Shown here: one piece after another, positions 1 to 10,591 of the stretch | How positions within the stretch are numbered: position 1 is the stretch's first letter | How the letters are laid out: each line of letters begins with the position of its first letter | Source of the DNA: Takakia lepidozioides | Taxonomy: Eukaryota; Plantae; Bryophyta | Reading direction: 5' to 3' | Assembly: GCA_030704615.1 (NCBI GenBank) | Contig: CM060734.1 | Coordinates: 9,734,001-9,798,000, forward strand | DNA: 64,000 nucleotides | Position numbers and translations under genes: made by a program | The notes under the pieces: generated by a model | The model's input: only the letters and a program-made list of their open reading frames with translations | Database searches by the model: none | What the model was told of the DNA's origin: nothing

Positions 1-1356
1 CAACCACTATAGACAATGTCTATAGTCGGATAGCTGAGTTGCAGGAGGATGTGAAAGGGCTGCAGACTCAAGTAGATGACTTTAGCTCCAACATTGATGA
101 AAGGGCATTTGTTCCTGAGGAACAGCTCATGGCTACTTATTGCACGTCAGGACTTTGACTTTCCAATCTTCAGCACAGGAAATGCAGGACTTGCCAACAT
201 CAGGAGGGACTGTGGCAACCGCATTACAACAACCACGCCACGTCGACAGTGTTGATACCATGACACTGCAGCAATCACTGTCTGAGGTTTGGGGTGATGC
301 TTCTTTTAACCCACCTACTACTCCTGCTGCACTTGAATACAATCGGGCTATAATTCTACCCTCAACCAAATTCCCATTGTTATGGATTTGGCTTGGAAAG
401 AATTCAGTCCTCCAGAGTCTTTGGCACACTATTACCAGATTATGCGCATTTGGTTGCCAGTGGCAACTCGAACTAAAGTTCTTCCAAATGACAGACCCAT
501 TGAAGATCATCATTTTGCACGGTACTGGTCTGAGGCAGGCACCATGCTGAAGGAATTAATTGCCTTCCAGATTGTCATGGACATCTACACCAAGACCAAG
601 GAGGTACCTAGTTTGGTCATGGGTTGTGGACTGTATTATGCTGCTTGTTTTATTTCACGCTATCACATTGGGCAGCAAAAGATGCAGATGAGATTTCAGA
701 CTTATTCCAATGGGGAGCATTGGGTGTTACCTTCAGTTCCATCACATACATATCTGTATGATGTAAGGATCATGCTTCAGAAAGATCCCCAACTTCGTTC
801 TTGGTTTACTTTTACTCTGGAGAATTTGGCCAAAGAAAACTTGGGTCTTGACCACATTTTTCCTAAGGGGCATGAAGCCAGAAAGTGGTTACACTTTTCC
901 AATGTCATTGGCACACCACTCAGCTATACAAGCGATGAACTGAGGGCATACACTAATTTTGCCAGAAAGGGGTTGATACAAGTCTTAAAGTTTAAGCTTC
1001 CAGACATGGTAGGCATACACTGTATGCCAGTCAGGATTCATGAGAAGCCACATAAGGTCAGCGCACCGAAAGGCCACCGGGGGGAAGATGATTTAAATAC
1101 TACTGGTTCTGTGGATGGGAATTTTAACATGGCTGAGGATTATGCGATACAAATGGCCGAGAAGAAACGACGAGGATCTCCTATGCCTGAGAAGTTACCT
1201 CCTTATCAGCCAAAGGCAGGGCAATCAGTTCCATCCAGTCGGCAGTCATCCCTACCAACCAACGATATGGCTCGGGCTCACACACAAAGCCCTCCGAGGG
1301 ACTCTCACCGGCAGAAGGGTGATCGTTCACAAATGTTTGCTGATCCTAAACAATAA
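1..1356 (+). pseudogene. Frameshifted ORF of unknown function at the 3' end of an LTR retrotransposon internal region (longest piece 382-1356, 324 aa)
   Basis: Three overlapping frames read as one protein: coiled-coil-like IAELQEDVKGLQTQVDD, then 140-390, then 382-1356. The stop lies ~20 bp before the PPT. No RT or integrase motifs. Confidence 0.5.
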
Positions 1357-1377
1357 ACCGTAAGGACACGGCTTTTT

Positions 1378-2300
1378 GAGAGGGGGAGGGATAATGTTAG
1401 AGGGTTATCTGGGACTTAGACAGTTTTATGGGTTCTGTGGGGTACCCTTAATTTTGCGCAGACTTACGGATGGTAGACTCAGACCAATAGAGGCCTTAGG
1501 GGTGACAGACACAGGCCTTAGGGGTGACAGACATAGGCCTTAGGGGTGACAGGCACAGGCCTTAGGGGTGGTAGGCAGGCTCACACAGTCAGTTACAGGC
1601 TTACACAGCTTGTCACAGCCTGACACAGCTTGACACAGCCTTACACAACCTTACACAGCCTATCATAGCCTATCACAGTCAGTCACAGTCTATCACAGCC
1701 CGACATAGCCAGACACAACCCGACACAGCCAGTCACAGCTCGGCACAGTCACAACCCGACACAGTTTGGCACAGCCGGTCACAGCGTTCACAGGGAACGG
1801 TTATCATTGGCAGGGAACGACTATGTAGGAACGACATTTGCAGAGGGAACATGCATTTTGTCCTGGATGACAGTAATTAGTTAGTTAGGCGGTTAGAACA
1901 TCTTGTAGGTAAAATAGGCAGAGTAGCGACATGGAGGGGGTCACTTCTTGGAGATCACTTCTTGGACATCACTGGGGGAGATCAGGCGGAGAGCACGATC
2001 TTGGAGCGCAGGGATAGAGATTACACAGAGGAGGAGATACGACGAGATGATGCTTGATTCATGTAAGCTATAGAGATGCACTATAGAGCAGATTAGAGAC
2101 ACCATGGCTTCGGCCTGATACTTGATAGATATTAATCCGATACATATTTCATACTCACACTGTGTAGAGAGACCTGAGTGAAGCTGTGGAATGAATGCTT
2201 GGGTAGATGGAACATGGAAAAGCAATCCGATACTAAAGTAACCTGCTAATATGAATGACGAGAAGGATACCAAATATGAAGCACCCCCATGATACACTAG
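1378..2300 (+). mobile_element. Polypurine tract (1378-1391) and 3' LTR starting TG at 1395; right end uncertain
   Basis: GGACACGGCTTTTT-GAGAGGGGGAGGGA-TAA-TGTTAG resembles the Ty3/gypsy PPT-LTR junction. Internal tandem repeats follow. Confidence 0.65.
1490..1790 (+). repeat. LTR-internal tandem repeats: four ~22-bp AGGCCTTAGGGGTGACAG units, then ~10-bp CACAGC/CACAGT units
   Basis: Direct inspection. Confidence 0.9.
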
Positions 2301-3699
2301 CTGTAGGTCATGACTGATTGTTCTGAGCGGGCTGAGTGCTTAGAGATTTCCAACTCTTCTATCTTGGAGTTTCCATCTCGGATAGCTAAGGGATGGGTGA
2401 GTAAAAGCCGCTCGACACACACCCTATTCATGATCTAGCGTGTTGGACAAATGCCCCTTGTCACGTTCCAAAACATCATCAGTGCCGATGCTTGCAAAAA
2501 AAATGCTTGACTTCCAAGTCGTCAGACATTTGGTACAAGCTGATGAGAGAAGCATTTTTGGAGTACATATACACGGTTAGTATTCCTTCACTTGGCCCCC
2601 TTCCACCATCAGTTGTATGTTTATTATGCATTTGTCTGATTTCGTATTGCCTGTTGCAGCAAGAGATAGCGGAAGCTGGAGAGAGAGACAAAGCAGAGTA
2701 CTATGCCAAAAAGTCGGAGGATCTGCGGACGTCCAAGGGAGTGGAGGATGCAATGAAGCTTGTGATGAATATCACCTGAAAGCATCTCATGAGCGCATTC
2801 GTGAAGCAACTGAGGATAGTTGACCCTGCTTTTGGAGGGCCACAAGTGCCTCTCTAATGATTACTACAGGCTAACTTAGATGCGGATGTAAGATGAAGTG
2901 ACCCACCTGTATAGGACCCTCTTCATGGCCCCCTTGGCTCCATGCTGCTGCTTGAACTCATTTGTGAGGGATATGGCCCCGTCTTTGGCAAATTCTCTAA
3001 AAAAATAGTTGCTCCACGCAGTCGCTTTCCACTTTCTCAAATAATCCTCAAGAGAGTCTTCGGGCTCTGTCATTGTTATCTTGTAATCACGCAGCTGCTT
3101 CTCCAGCACTTGTTTTGCCCGAGCCTCTATTTGTGTGGCATATGTCGGGAGGGTTAGAGTCCTGCCGTGGAAATAAATCATGATGAATTTAAAAGAAACA
3201 GATCCGACAGATTACCTGGCTCCAGTATGTGGCTTTGTGTAGCCATGTATTGAAAACTTGATCAACTGAAGGGTTTGATGTGCCCAGTGCTTTCATCTCT
3301 TTCCCCCTTAGGGAAGCAATACGTATCCTTGACAGTTGTGTCGGAATTCCAAATCTCCAGCCACTTTACTTTCTGCTCTGGCTCCACAGCTACAGTTGAC
3401 AACCGATGAAGCTTCTCTTGTGTCATTTCAGGTTTGGTGTCATTGTTCTAGTGGATCCTCACCTGGTTCAAAAATTGCAGAGTGCGTTGACGTACACAGT
3501 TGCAGAGGGCCACAAGCGCAGCTGTGGTTCATCCCCCTTGAGTCATGCTTCTGGTTTTGGAGGGTAGTTCCTATTTGCTGCCTGTCTGTGCATGGTTACT
3601 TCCACTGGGCAAATCGAAACCCTTCAGAACTGAGTGCGTTGATGCACTCGGTTTAAGAGGGTCTGATACCTGTCCTTCCATTGAGATCAGCTACCGGTT

Positions 3700-5420
3700 G
3701 GGGGGGGGGGGGGGGTTCCTCATTTGGTGTCTGTATGGACATGCCTGTTTGCAGCCAAGAACTGAGTGCTTTGACGCACTCAGTTTAGGAGGGCCTAATA
3801 CATTGATGTTTTTCCTCTCCTTCCATTAAGTCTTCCTTGCGTGTTTGTCTCGTAGGTATATAAAAAATGTACTCATCCCAGGGAACAACCTCAGTAAATA
3901 CCCTGGCTTCATTGACTTGTGGTCTCCTCAAATAGCCATACCATGTACACGTCAGGCATCTTAGGGAGTACGGGCGTTATTACCTCAAAGACTATTGTTG
4001 GTATGTTGATATATCAAAATCAGATTGCCCCTGGTATGAGTTGCAAACACGGAATTAGAATGACAATGTGGAGTCCTTGGCCTCTCTGACAGTCAATGAG
4101 GTGCATGAGAGGAACCTTCGGAACCTCGCTGAAAAAGAGCCCCCAGCCAAAAGAACTCCTGTGAGAGGCAGAAAGGACAAAGGGAGGGGAAAACAGCCGA
4201 GGGAGAAAGGAAAGGAGAAGACCACCCAAGGTGGGGATGCTCCAGGAGCTGACCCAGTGGAGACCCCAGCCCCAAACAAGGATCGCAGACGGAGGGTGCG
4301 AAATGAGCCATACGACGCAGTGGAGCACCCATCCAGAATCAACCACAAGTGTAAATGCGAGCTTGTGAACGACGCCGACAAAAAGAACTTACAAAAAAAA
4401 AACACCCAACGCCAGTACTTGTCATCAAATGCATTCCACATTGGGCAAGTGCCAATGGGGAGAATGTCCGGTACTGCCTGCCCGTCCGGAATGTCCACAA
4501 TCACCATTTCTGCAGTGCATATGGTTTCTCTGCACCATTCACCCAAGACTGCCCCTTCGACACCTGCAAAGACACAACAGGCAAAAATATAATCACTAAC
4601 AATCCCATTTGGAAACCCATACAAGAACACTTAGAGGTAAGTGGCATACCGACTGCAGAAATTCACACAGCTTGTCCCATATTGGCGAGGGTTTTCCACT
4701 GTAACTAGCTTTCCTGCTCTCCATCATGGCAAGGTCCAAGGCATCGTTCACGAGCTTGCATTTACACTCGCGGTTGATTCTGGATGGGTGCTCCACTACG
4801 TCGTAAGGCTCCTTGTTCTTACTGCGTATGTGATCCTTGCTTGCAACTGGGGTCTCCGCTCGGTCAGGTCCCGAAGCATCCGCACCTTGGCTCGTTTTTT
4901 CATTTGTTTTATCTTTCGGCTGTTTTCCCTTCCTTTTCTCCTTTCTGTCTTTCAGTGGAGTTCTAGTGGCTGCGGGCTCTTTTTTAGCAAGGTTTTGAAG
5001 TTTCCTCTCATGCAACTCTTTGTCCGTAAGAGGGCCAAGGACTCCGCATTGTCGTTCCGATTTTGCGTGGTCAACTCATACCAGCGGCAATCGGACTCTG
5101 GTATATCAAGATACCAACAACAGTCTTTGAGGTGATAACGCCCGTACTCCCTCAGTATGCCTGCCGCGTACATGGTCTGGTTGTTTGAGGAGTCTGACCA
5201 CAAGTCGATGAAGCCAGGGTATTTACTGAGGTTGTTCCCTGGGATGAGTACATTTTTGATATACCTACGAGACAAATAAGCAAGGAAGACTTAATGATAG
5301 GGGAGGCAAGACATCAATGTATCAGGGCCTCCTAAACTGAGTGCGTCAACGCACTCAGTTCCTGGCTGCAAACAGGCATGTCCATACAGGAACCAAAAGC
5401 GGAATCCCCCCCCCCCCCGC
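3700..5420. repeat. Long imperfect inverted repeat, arms ~3700-4375 and ~4740-5420
   Basis: Arms are reverse complements, from poly-G/poly-C to CTTGTGAACGA/TCGTTCACGAG. Both encode homologous peptides (HERNLRNLAEKEP...EHPSRINHKCKCELVNDA and HERKLQNLAKKEP...EHPSRINRECKCKLVNDA). Confidence 0.9.
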
Positions 5421-5439
5421 TTTCATTAGGGATGATGTG

Positions 5440-5900
5440 TGTATCGACTCTCGGGTTCAACGCAAGTTCAAGGGCACCACACCGATGCCTAACATTGGTT
5501 ATGGGTCAAACAAGAAGACAAGCCATGTGCTACCAAGTGGTTTCGTCAAATTTTTGGTGCACAATGTGAAAGACCTACAGCTCCTCCTCATGCACACTCT
5601 TTGAGTTGCCAAATTCATCTTGTAATATTTTGTGACAACCAAAGGGTCGTACCAATAAGCTTGAAAATTTCAGTGCTCTCTCAGGAGAGTTGAGCAGATC
5701 ACACCTCACTGCCTAAGGCGACTAGGTGGCATTTTTAGTCGGGTGCCATCTAGGAACCCAAGATTTCAGTGGAGATGTAGTGCGTTGCAGAAAGTATAGT
5801 GCTGAAATGGCTCACAATCTGTCGACATTGAAGAGGAAAGCGAGAAGTGGAGCGTGTTGCACAGTGGAATGTTGCAGTAACCAGTGGGAGCAAATCAAAG
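5440..5900 (+). pseudogene. RPL32: 60S ribosomal protein L32 (eL32) fragment, 5'-truncated and disrupted
   Basis: [51 protein letters not shown], then after a TTGCAG acceptor (5790) KYSAEMAHNLSTLKRKA, then frameshifted VERVAQWNVAVT. Confidence 0.92.
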
Positions 5901-7251
5901 ATAGACATTGATTAAATCTTATCATGTGCTTCATGAGGGATTTTTCCCAATTTCGACTGATGTTTGTGCAAACAATATTGATCGTTGTGCATGGTTCACA
6001 TAGATGTTTGAATGACGCCCAGCTACATGGGTCCGGTTGATTCCGTAAAACATCACCTTCGGTGTCTCATGGTAGTACTTCCTTCCATTTTTAGTCAATG
6101 TAATTATTACTCAACTACATACATCTTCAGTGGCAATGTCTTCTCATTGCACTGGGCTTGGTGAGATCTCGGCTTCGGTGTGGAAGGAAGGTAGTGGGGT
6201 GAGGCTGCTATTGGAAGAAGGGTTGGCTCTTATATTCTTCTATTTATGGACCATGTCACAGAAAGGTGCGCACTCCTCCTTGTCCATAATTTAGCGTCCA
6301 ACATTCATCCATTCTCAATCATCCGTAAGATTTCATCCACATTCATCCATACTCAAAACGTGCCATCCACATTCACTCTCCTTTATCCTCATTAATTCAT
6401 CCACAACCATTCGTCTATGTTCGGTCTCTACAAAACACAATCATTCAACAACATTCAGTAGAACCTCTCTTCTGCACTTCTTCTCGTCGCCCAAATATGG
6501 TTCCTTGTGTGCCGAATGTGCATAGGCCCCCTTCTGCCTGTTTTGTCCGCGGTCATAGGTCCGTGCCTGTGGAAATGACGTGGCGAGACGTGACGTGGCG
6601 TCAACCACGCTGGCGAAGACTGCTGATGTGGCGTTGGACCCGTGAACCAACGTGACGAGAACTGGTGATGTGGCGTGAGCCTGGCTGCACTCACACGCTC
6701 ACGCGGAGGCATCCCCCGCCCCCAACCTCTTTCTTATAGCTGCTGATGCTCTTGGCCATTTCCTTAGCTCTAGACAAGATATCGTGGGTATGAAGGTGTT
6801 GTAGGGGCCTTCCGTTAAGCTATGCATGTACGCGGACGATACCACTCTTTTGCTGATTTTGGATGAAGTTGACCTGGATGGATGATATGGGATTACTATT
6901 CATTCATCATTTTTTACCCTAGATCTGCGGGGACGAGGATGCCTCCAACATCACCAGAGCTCGTCATGCCCTGCATCTTTTTTGTTCTCCTCTGGGCTGA
7001 GGGTCAATTGGAATAAGTCTGTGGGTCTACTTACGCAACTGCCTCCCAATGCTTCAAGGCAGCATGGGCCGCCCTGGGGGCAAGATCTGGTCGGGCAGTT
7101 GCAGGGTACGGTGGACCAAAACGACAAGTTTTTCCTCCATGAAAGTCCATATATGTACCTCAAATAGAGGGAATTTATCCAAATATCTAATTTTAGATTA
7201 TAGATATGATATATTTAAACATTTTTAGTAAAAAATCCCATCCCCAAATAG

Positions 7252-7460
7252 GCTAGAATTGTTTTACTAGAAATTTTAGTATTTAATTCTGAAAAATAAA
7301 AAACCATTTTTATTTCTAATAATTAGAGATTTTTGAATTTTTTTCCATATATCACCTGACACCTCTAGATTATGGGTTTTTACACCTTTTTAATAATGAT
7401 GATATCCCAAAAGCCTCTAAATGAGGATGATGTACATTAGGGAAAACTAGGATAGCCTGT
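7252..7460 (+). repeat. Dispersed AT-rich repeat; shorter second copy at ~57793-57910
   Basis: Shared CTAGAATTGTTTTA.TAGAAATTTTAGTATTTAATTCTGAAAAATAA and GATGATATCCCAAA.GCCTCTAAATGAGGATGATGTA. Confidence 0.85.
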
Positions 7461-7479
7461 GCCGTTGGCCCAAGTGTCC

Positions 7480-8056
7480 AGGGTCATCTAAGCCCATGTG
7501 CAATCTCCTATGTATCCAAATGCGTCTCCTATGTCGAGGCCCAAGTCGACCTCTACGGTAGCTTGTGCTGCTAGCCGATGTGTGAATAATTGAAATCTAA
7601 GACCAAGTGCAATTTCCTATGTATCCTAGTGCGTCTCCTATGTCGAGGCCCATCTAATTCCAAGTGCAATCTTGTATGTATCCAAGTGCATCTCTCGTGT
7701 AGAGGCCCAAATGTCCACTATCATTTAAACCCAAGTGCAATCTCCTATGTATCCAAGTGCGTCTCCTATGTATCCAATGACATCTCCCATGTGCGTCTCC
7801 TATGTCGAGGCCCATCTAAGCCCAGTGTAAAATCTTTTATGTATCCAAGTGCATCTCCCATGTAGATGCCCAAGTGTCCACTGTCATTTAAGACCAAGTG
7901 CAATTTCTTATGTATCCCAGTGCGTCTCTTATGTTGAGGCCCAAGTGCGACCTCTAGTGTAGCCTATGCCGTTGGCCCATGTGTGAAAAATTGAAATCTA
8001 AGCCCAAGTGCAATCTTCTATTCATGTATCCAAGTGCATCTCCCATGTAGAGGCCC
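7480..8056 (+). repeat. Minisatellite of CCAAGTGCAATCTCCTATGTAT / CCAAGTGCGTCTCCTATGTCGAGGCC units
   Basis: Many ~22-26-bp related units in higher-order blocks. Confidence 0.9.
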
Positions 8057-9431
8057 GAAATAGACACTTTGCTCTGTTGGCTATCGCACACTCAGGTTCG
8101 CATTGGCAGGGATTGAGATTTATTGCAAACTCTGAAGGGACACTCTTGCACATTGGGCAAGGCCACATGCATCAGGAAACTGCTTTTAGAATCAGAGTTT
8201 TTGAACTCTCTCTGGGATCCCAGATCCCAAGCCGCCTCCTAGAGGAGAATTCTGCTGGGCCGAATGTACACCCTTGACCTGGTTCTTATGCTTCCCGCTT
8301 AGCAGGCTTCAATTCGACCCGGGGGAATGGACCTGGATGGACGATAGAAAAACACATCTTCTTGGGTACACTGTGAAGACGGGATACAAACTGCTGCTGG
8401 GTAATGCTAACTTCACAGCCAAATGGAATAGATCAAAATGGAACCTTGTTTGGCAAATCTAGGGATGGAACGGAGTATGGAAGGACATTTGGGCCAAGCA
8501 TTATTCTGCAAAAATCAGTGCATTTCTATGGAAGCTAGCCAATATAATTTTGCCTGTGGGCGTCACTTTTCAGGACCAGGATCCATCCTGCTTAGTCGGC
8601 AATTGTGGCCTGAGCGAGTCCATTGGCATTGTTTGTTCGACTGCTACCTTTTCTCTAGAACTTCGCATCTTGTGGAAGATTTCTATTCTAACTGGAAGCA
8701 TCTCCCTCCCCTGTCTGCTCCTCTCCTGCTACTCAATTTGCATAATGGCGCCACTTGGAGCAGCTGCCCGATCTGGGCTTGCCTTAGGGCGCACGACCTC
8801 TGGTCAATCTGGAAGGCTAGATGTAGTTTGATTTTGGAGGGGAAGCGCCCCAACATCAGAGTGATCATTCACAAGCTATTTTCGGATATGATGACTGAGG
8901 GGCGTAAGCCTTGGGTGTCCTTGCAAGCAGCTTCCAACCGGTGCAGTGAACGAAGGAGCCGACAACTTTTCAAGGATTTCAACCTCACCTGGGCTAAGGA
9001 CTGCATCCTTTGCTCCAGGACCTTTGACTCTTGAGTCCCATGGCATGACAACCTCCCCTGCAACTGGCAAGTCGCCAGCTGAGTCTGACGCTCCCGACAT
9101 CAATTGGAAGCACAACAAGCTCCACGGCTCCAAATCAAAAGTGCAACTTGATTTTGGTCACTGATTTCTGCTCAATTCTTAGGATGTTCTAAGTCTGTGG
9201 CTTGGACCCTCTTTTTTTCCCATCCTTATCTCTTTAGCTGGGTAGCATGTTCCTGCTATCTCTTATTTCGGACTTGTCCCTTCTTCTTAGACTTCTTTTT
9301 AGGCCTATCCAGCTTTCTTGCTCTCCTTCCTCGCCTCTGATTGGCTCAAATCCCGCTTTACTCCCCCTTTTTCAGCTAGGTGCTCGATGTCCCCATGTTT
9401 TCCTCCCTCTGTTCTGCTTTGTTCTTCGTAC

Positions 9432-9855
9432 TAGAGAACGGGCCGTGTTTGGCCGATTCTGCCCTGTAAGCGGCCTTTGAGCGAGCCCTATGGCCGCGCA
9501 CAGGGCAGAGTCGGCCAACGCGGCCCGTTCATTGGCGTTAAAAGCAGGTGTGGCATATTCTCGCCACCACGTGGCGCAATATGATTGAGGTTCGATTATC
9601 CCGATTGCCCAGATTCAGAGCCCTGGAGAGGATATAAAGGGGGCGAGCCTTAGGGGAAGGCAGGTGGGTTGATGGCTGATGACATGGGCCTCGGTGGTAG
9701 GTCTGCCGTCCTATGTGCGTAATCGGCCATCCCTGCCGATTCTGCCCTGGGTGGCCGATTCGGCCTGAGAATTAGGCCGAAAAAGTGGCAGAATCCGCCA
9801 CACCTGCTTTTAACGGTAATAGAATTTTGCCAGGGCCACTGTCCCCTGTTCTCTA
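9432..9855. mobile_element. Putative MITE with hAT-like ends and internal hairpins
   Basis: Ends TAGAGAACGGG / CCCTGTTCTCTA. Hairpin at 9436-9530. Inverted pair CGTTAAAAGCAGGTGTGGC / GCCACACCTGCTTTTAACG. No matching 8-bp TSD. Confidence 0.55.
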
Positions 9856-10591
9856 AAAAATAAAAAATAAAAAGAATGGGCCAGGAAAATGCACTTCTAC
9901 GGTTGAGATGGGCCAGGTCGAATCGGACGGTTCAGAATGTGCCACGTAAGGGAGGCACCGCTCGGCAGACCTGGTAGGGTTTGGATGCACACGAGGTGCG
10001 GGAGACAGTTTGTCTAAGGCGGGATTACCCGGCCGCCTGAAGTTGAGAGTGCAAAGGTTGGAGAAGACGAGGTTGTGATTTGTGGTCTGCGCCTTCATTT
10101 CTCGTGCTTCGTGTGAGATAGCGGACATTGGAGCAGAGGAAGGCATGGCCGGATGTAGTATGACAGAGAAAGATAAGGTGGGAAAATGACGAGAAGGCAG
10201 CAATATCGCTAGTGGGGGTTGAGCTTTGAGCCCTTGGAGGAGACCTGCCCTTGGAGGAGACCTAGTTGCGGAGGAGAGTGAAGCGGTATAGGGAGCAGCA
10301 CTGGGCTACCACGCTCGAAGGGCTATACGATCTCTTGCTGCCATCTGGAGGGCATATAAGCATAACTTGGAAAGGAACTTGAGGCTGCGAACACGTATCC
10401 TGTTAAGGGTTGATCGCTAAATGCTAACAGGAGCAGCGACGGAGTTTGGATTGACTCTGTGGATGCATCAGGTTATGCGATGTAGAAGTTCCAGGGCCAG
10501 TTAGGTGTTGCGATGCCAGGCACAGGGCAATTGTAGAACAGATTATGCCATAGAGGAAGGCAAGGAGGGAGTAGGTATTAAATAAGATACA

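Larger units (their letters stand above)
6760..9150 (+). mobile_element. Degenerate L1-type LINE ORF2, interrupted at ~7170-8060
   Basis: MYADDTTL (~6826-6850), SGLRVNWNKS (~6990), zf-RVT-type YTVKTGYKLL...KISAFLWKL...HCLFDC, and LWSIWKARC. Confidence 0.85.

Noticed and set aside
1490-1575. Telomere-like TTAGGGG repeats
   Set aside because: Part of a 22-bp LTR tandem unit, not a TTTAGGG array.
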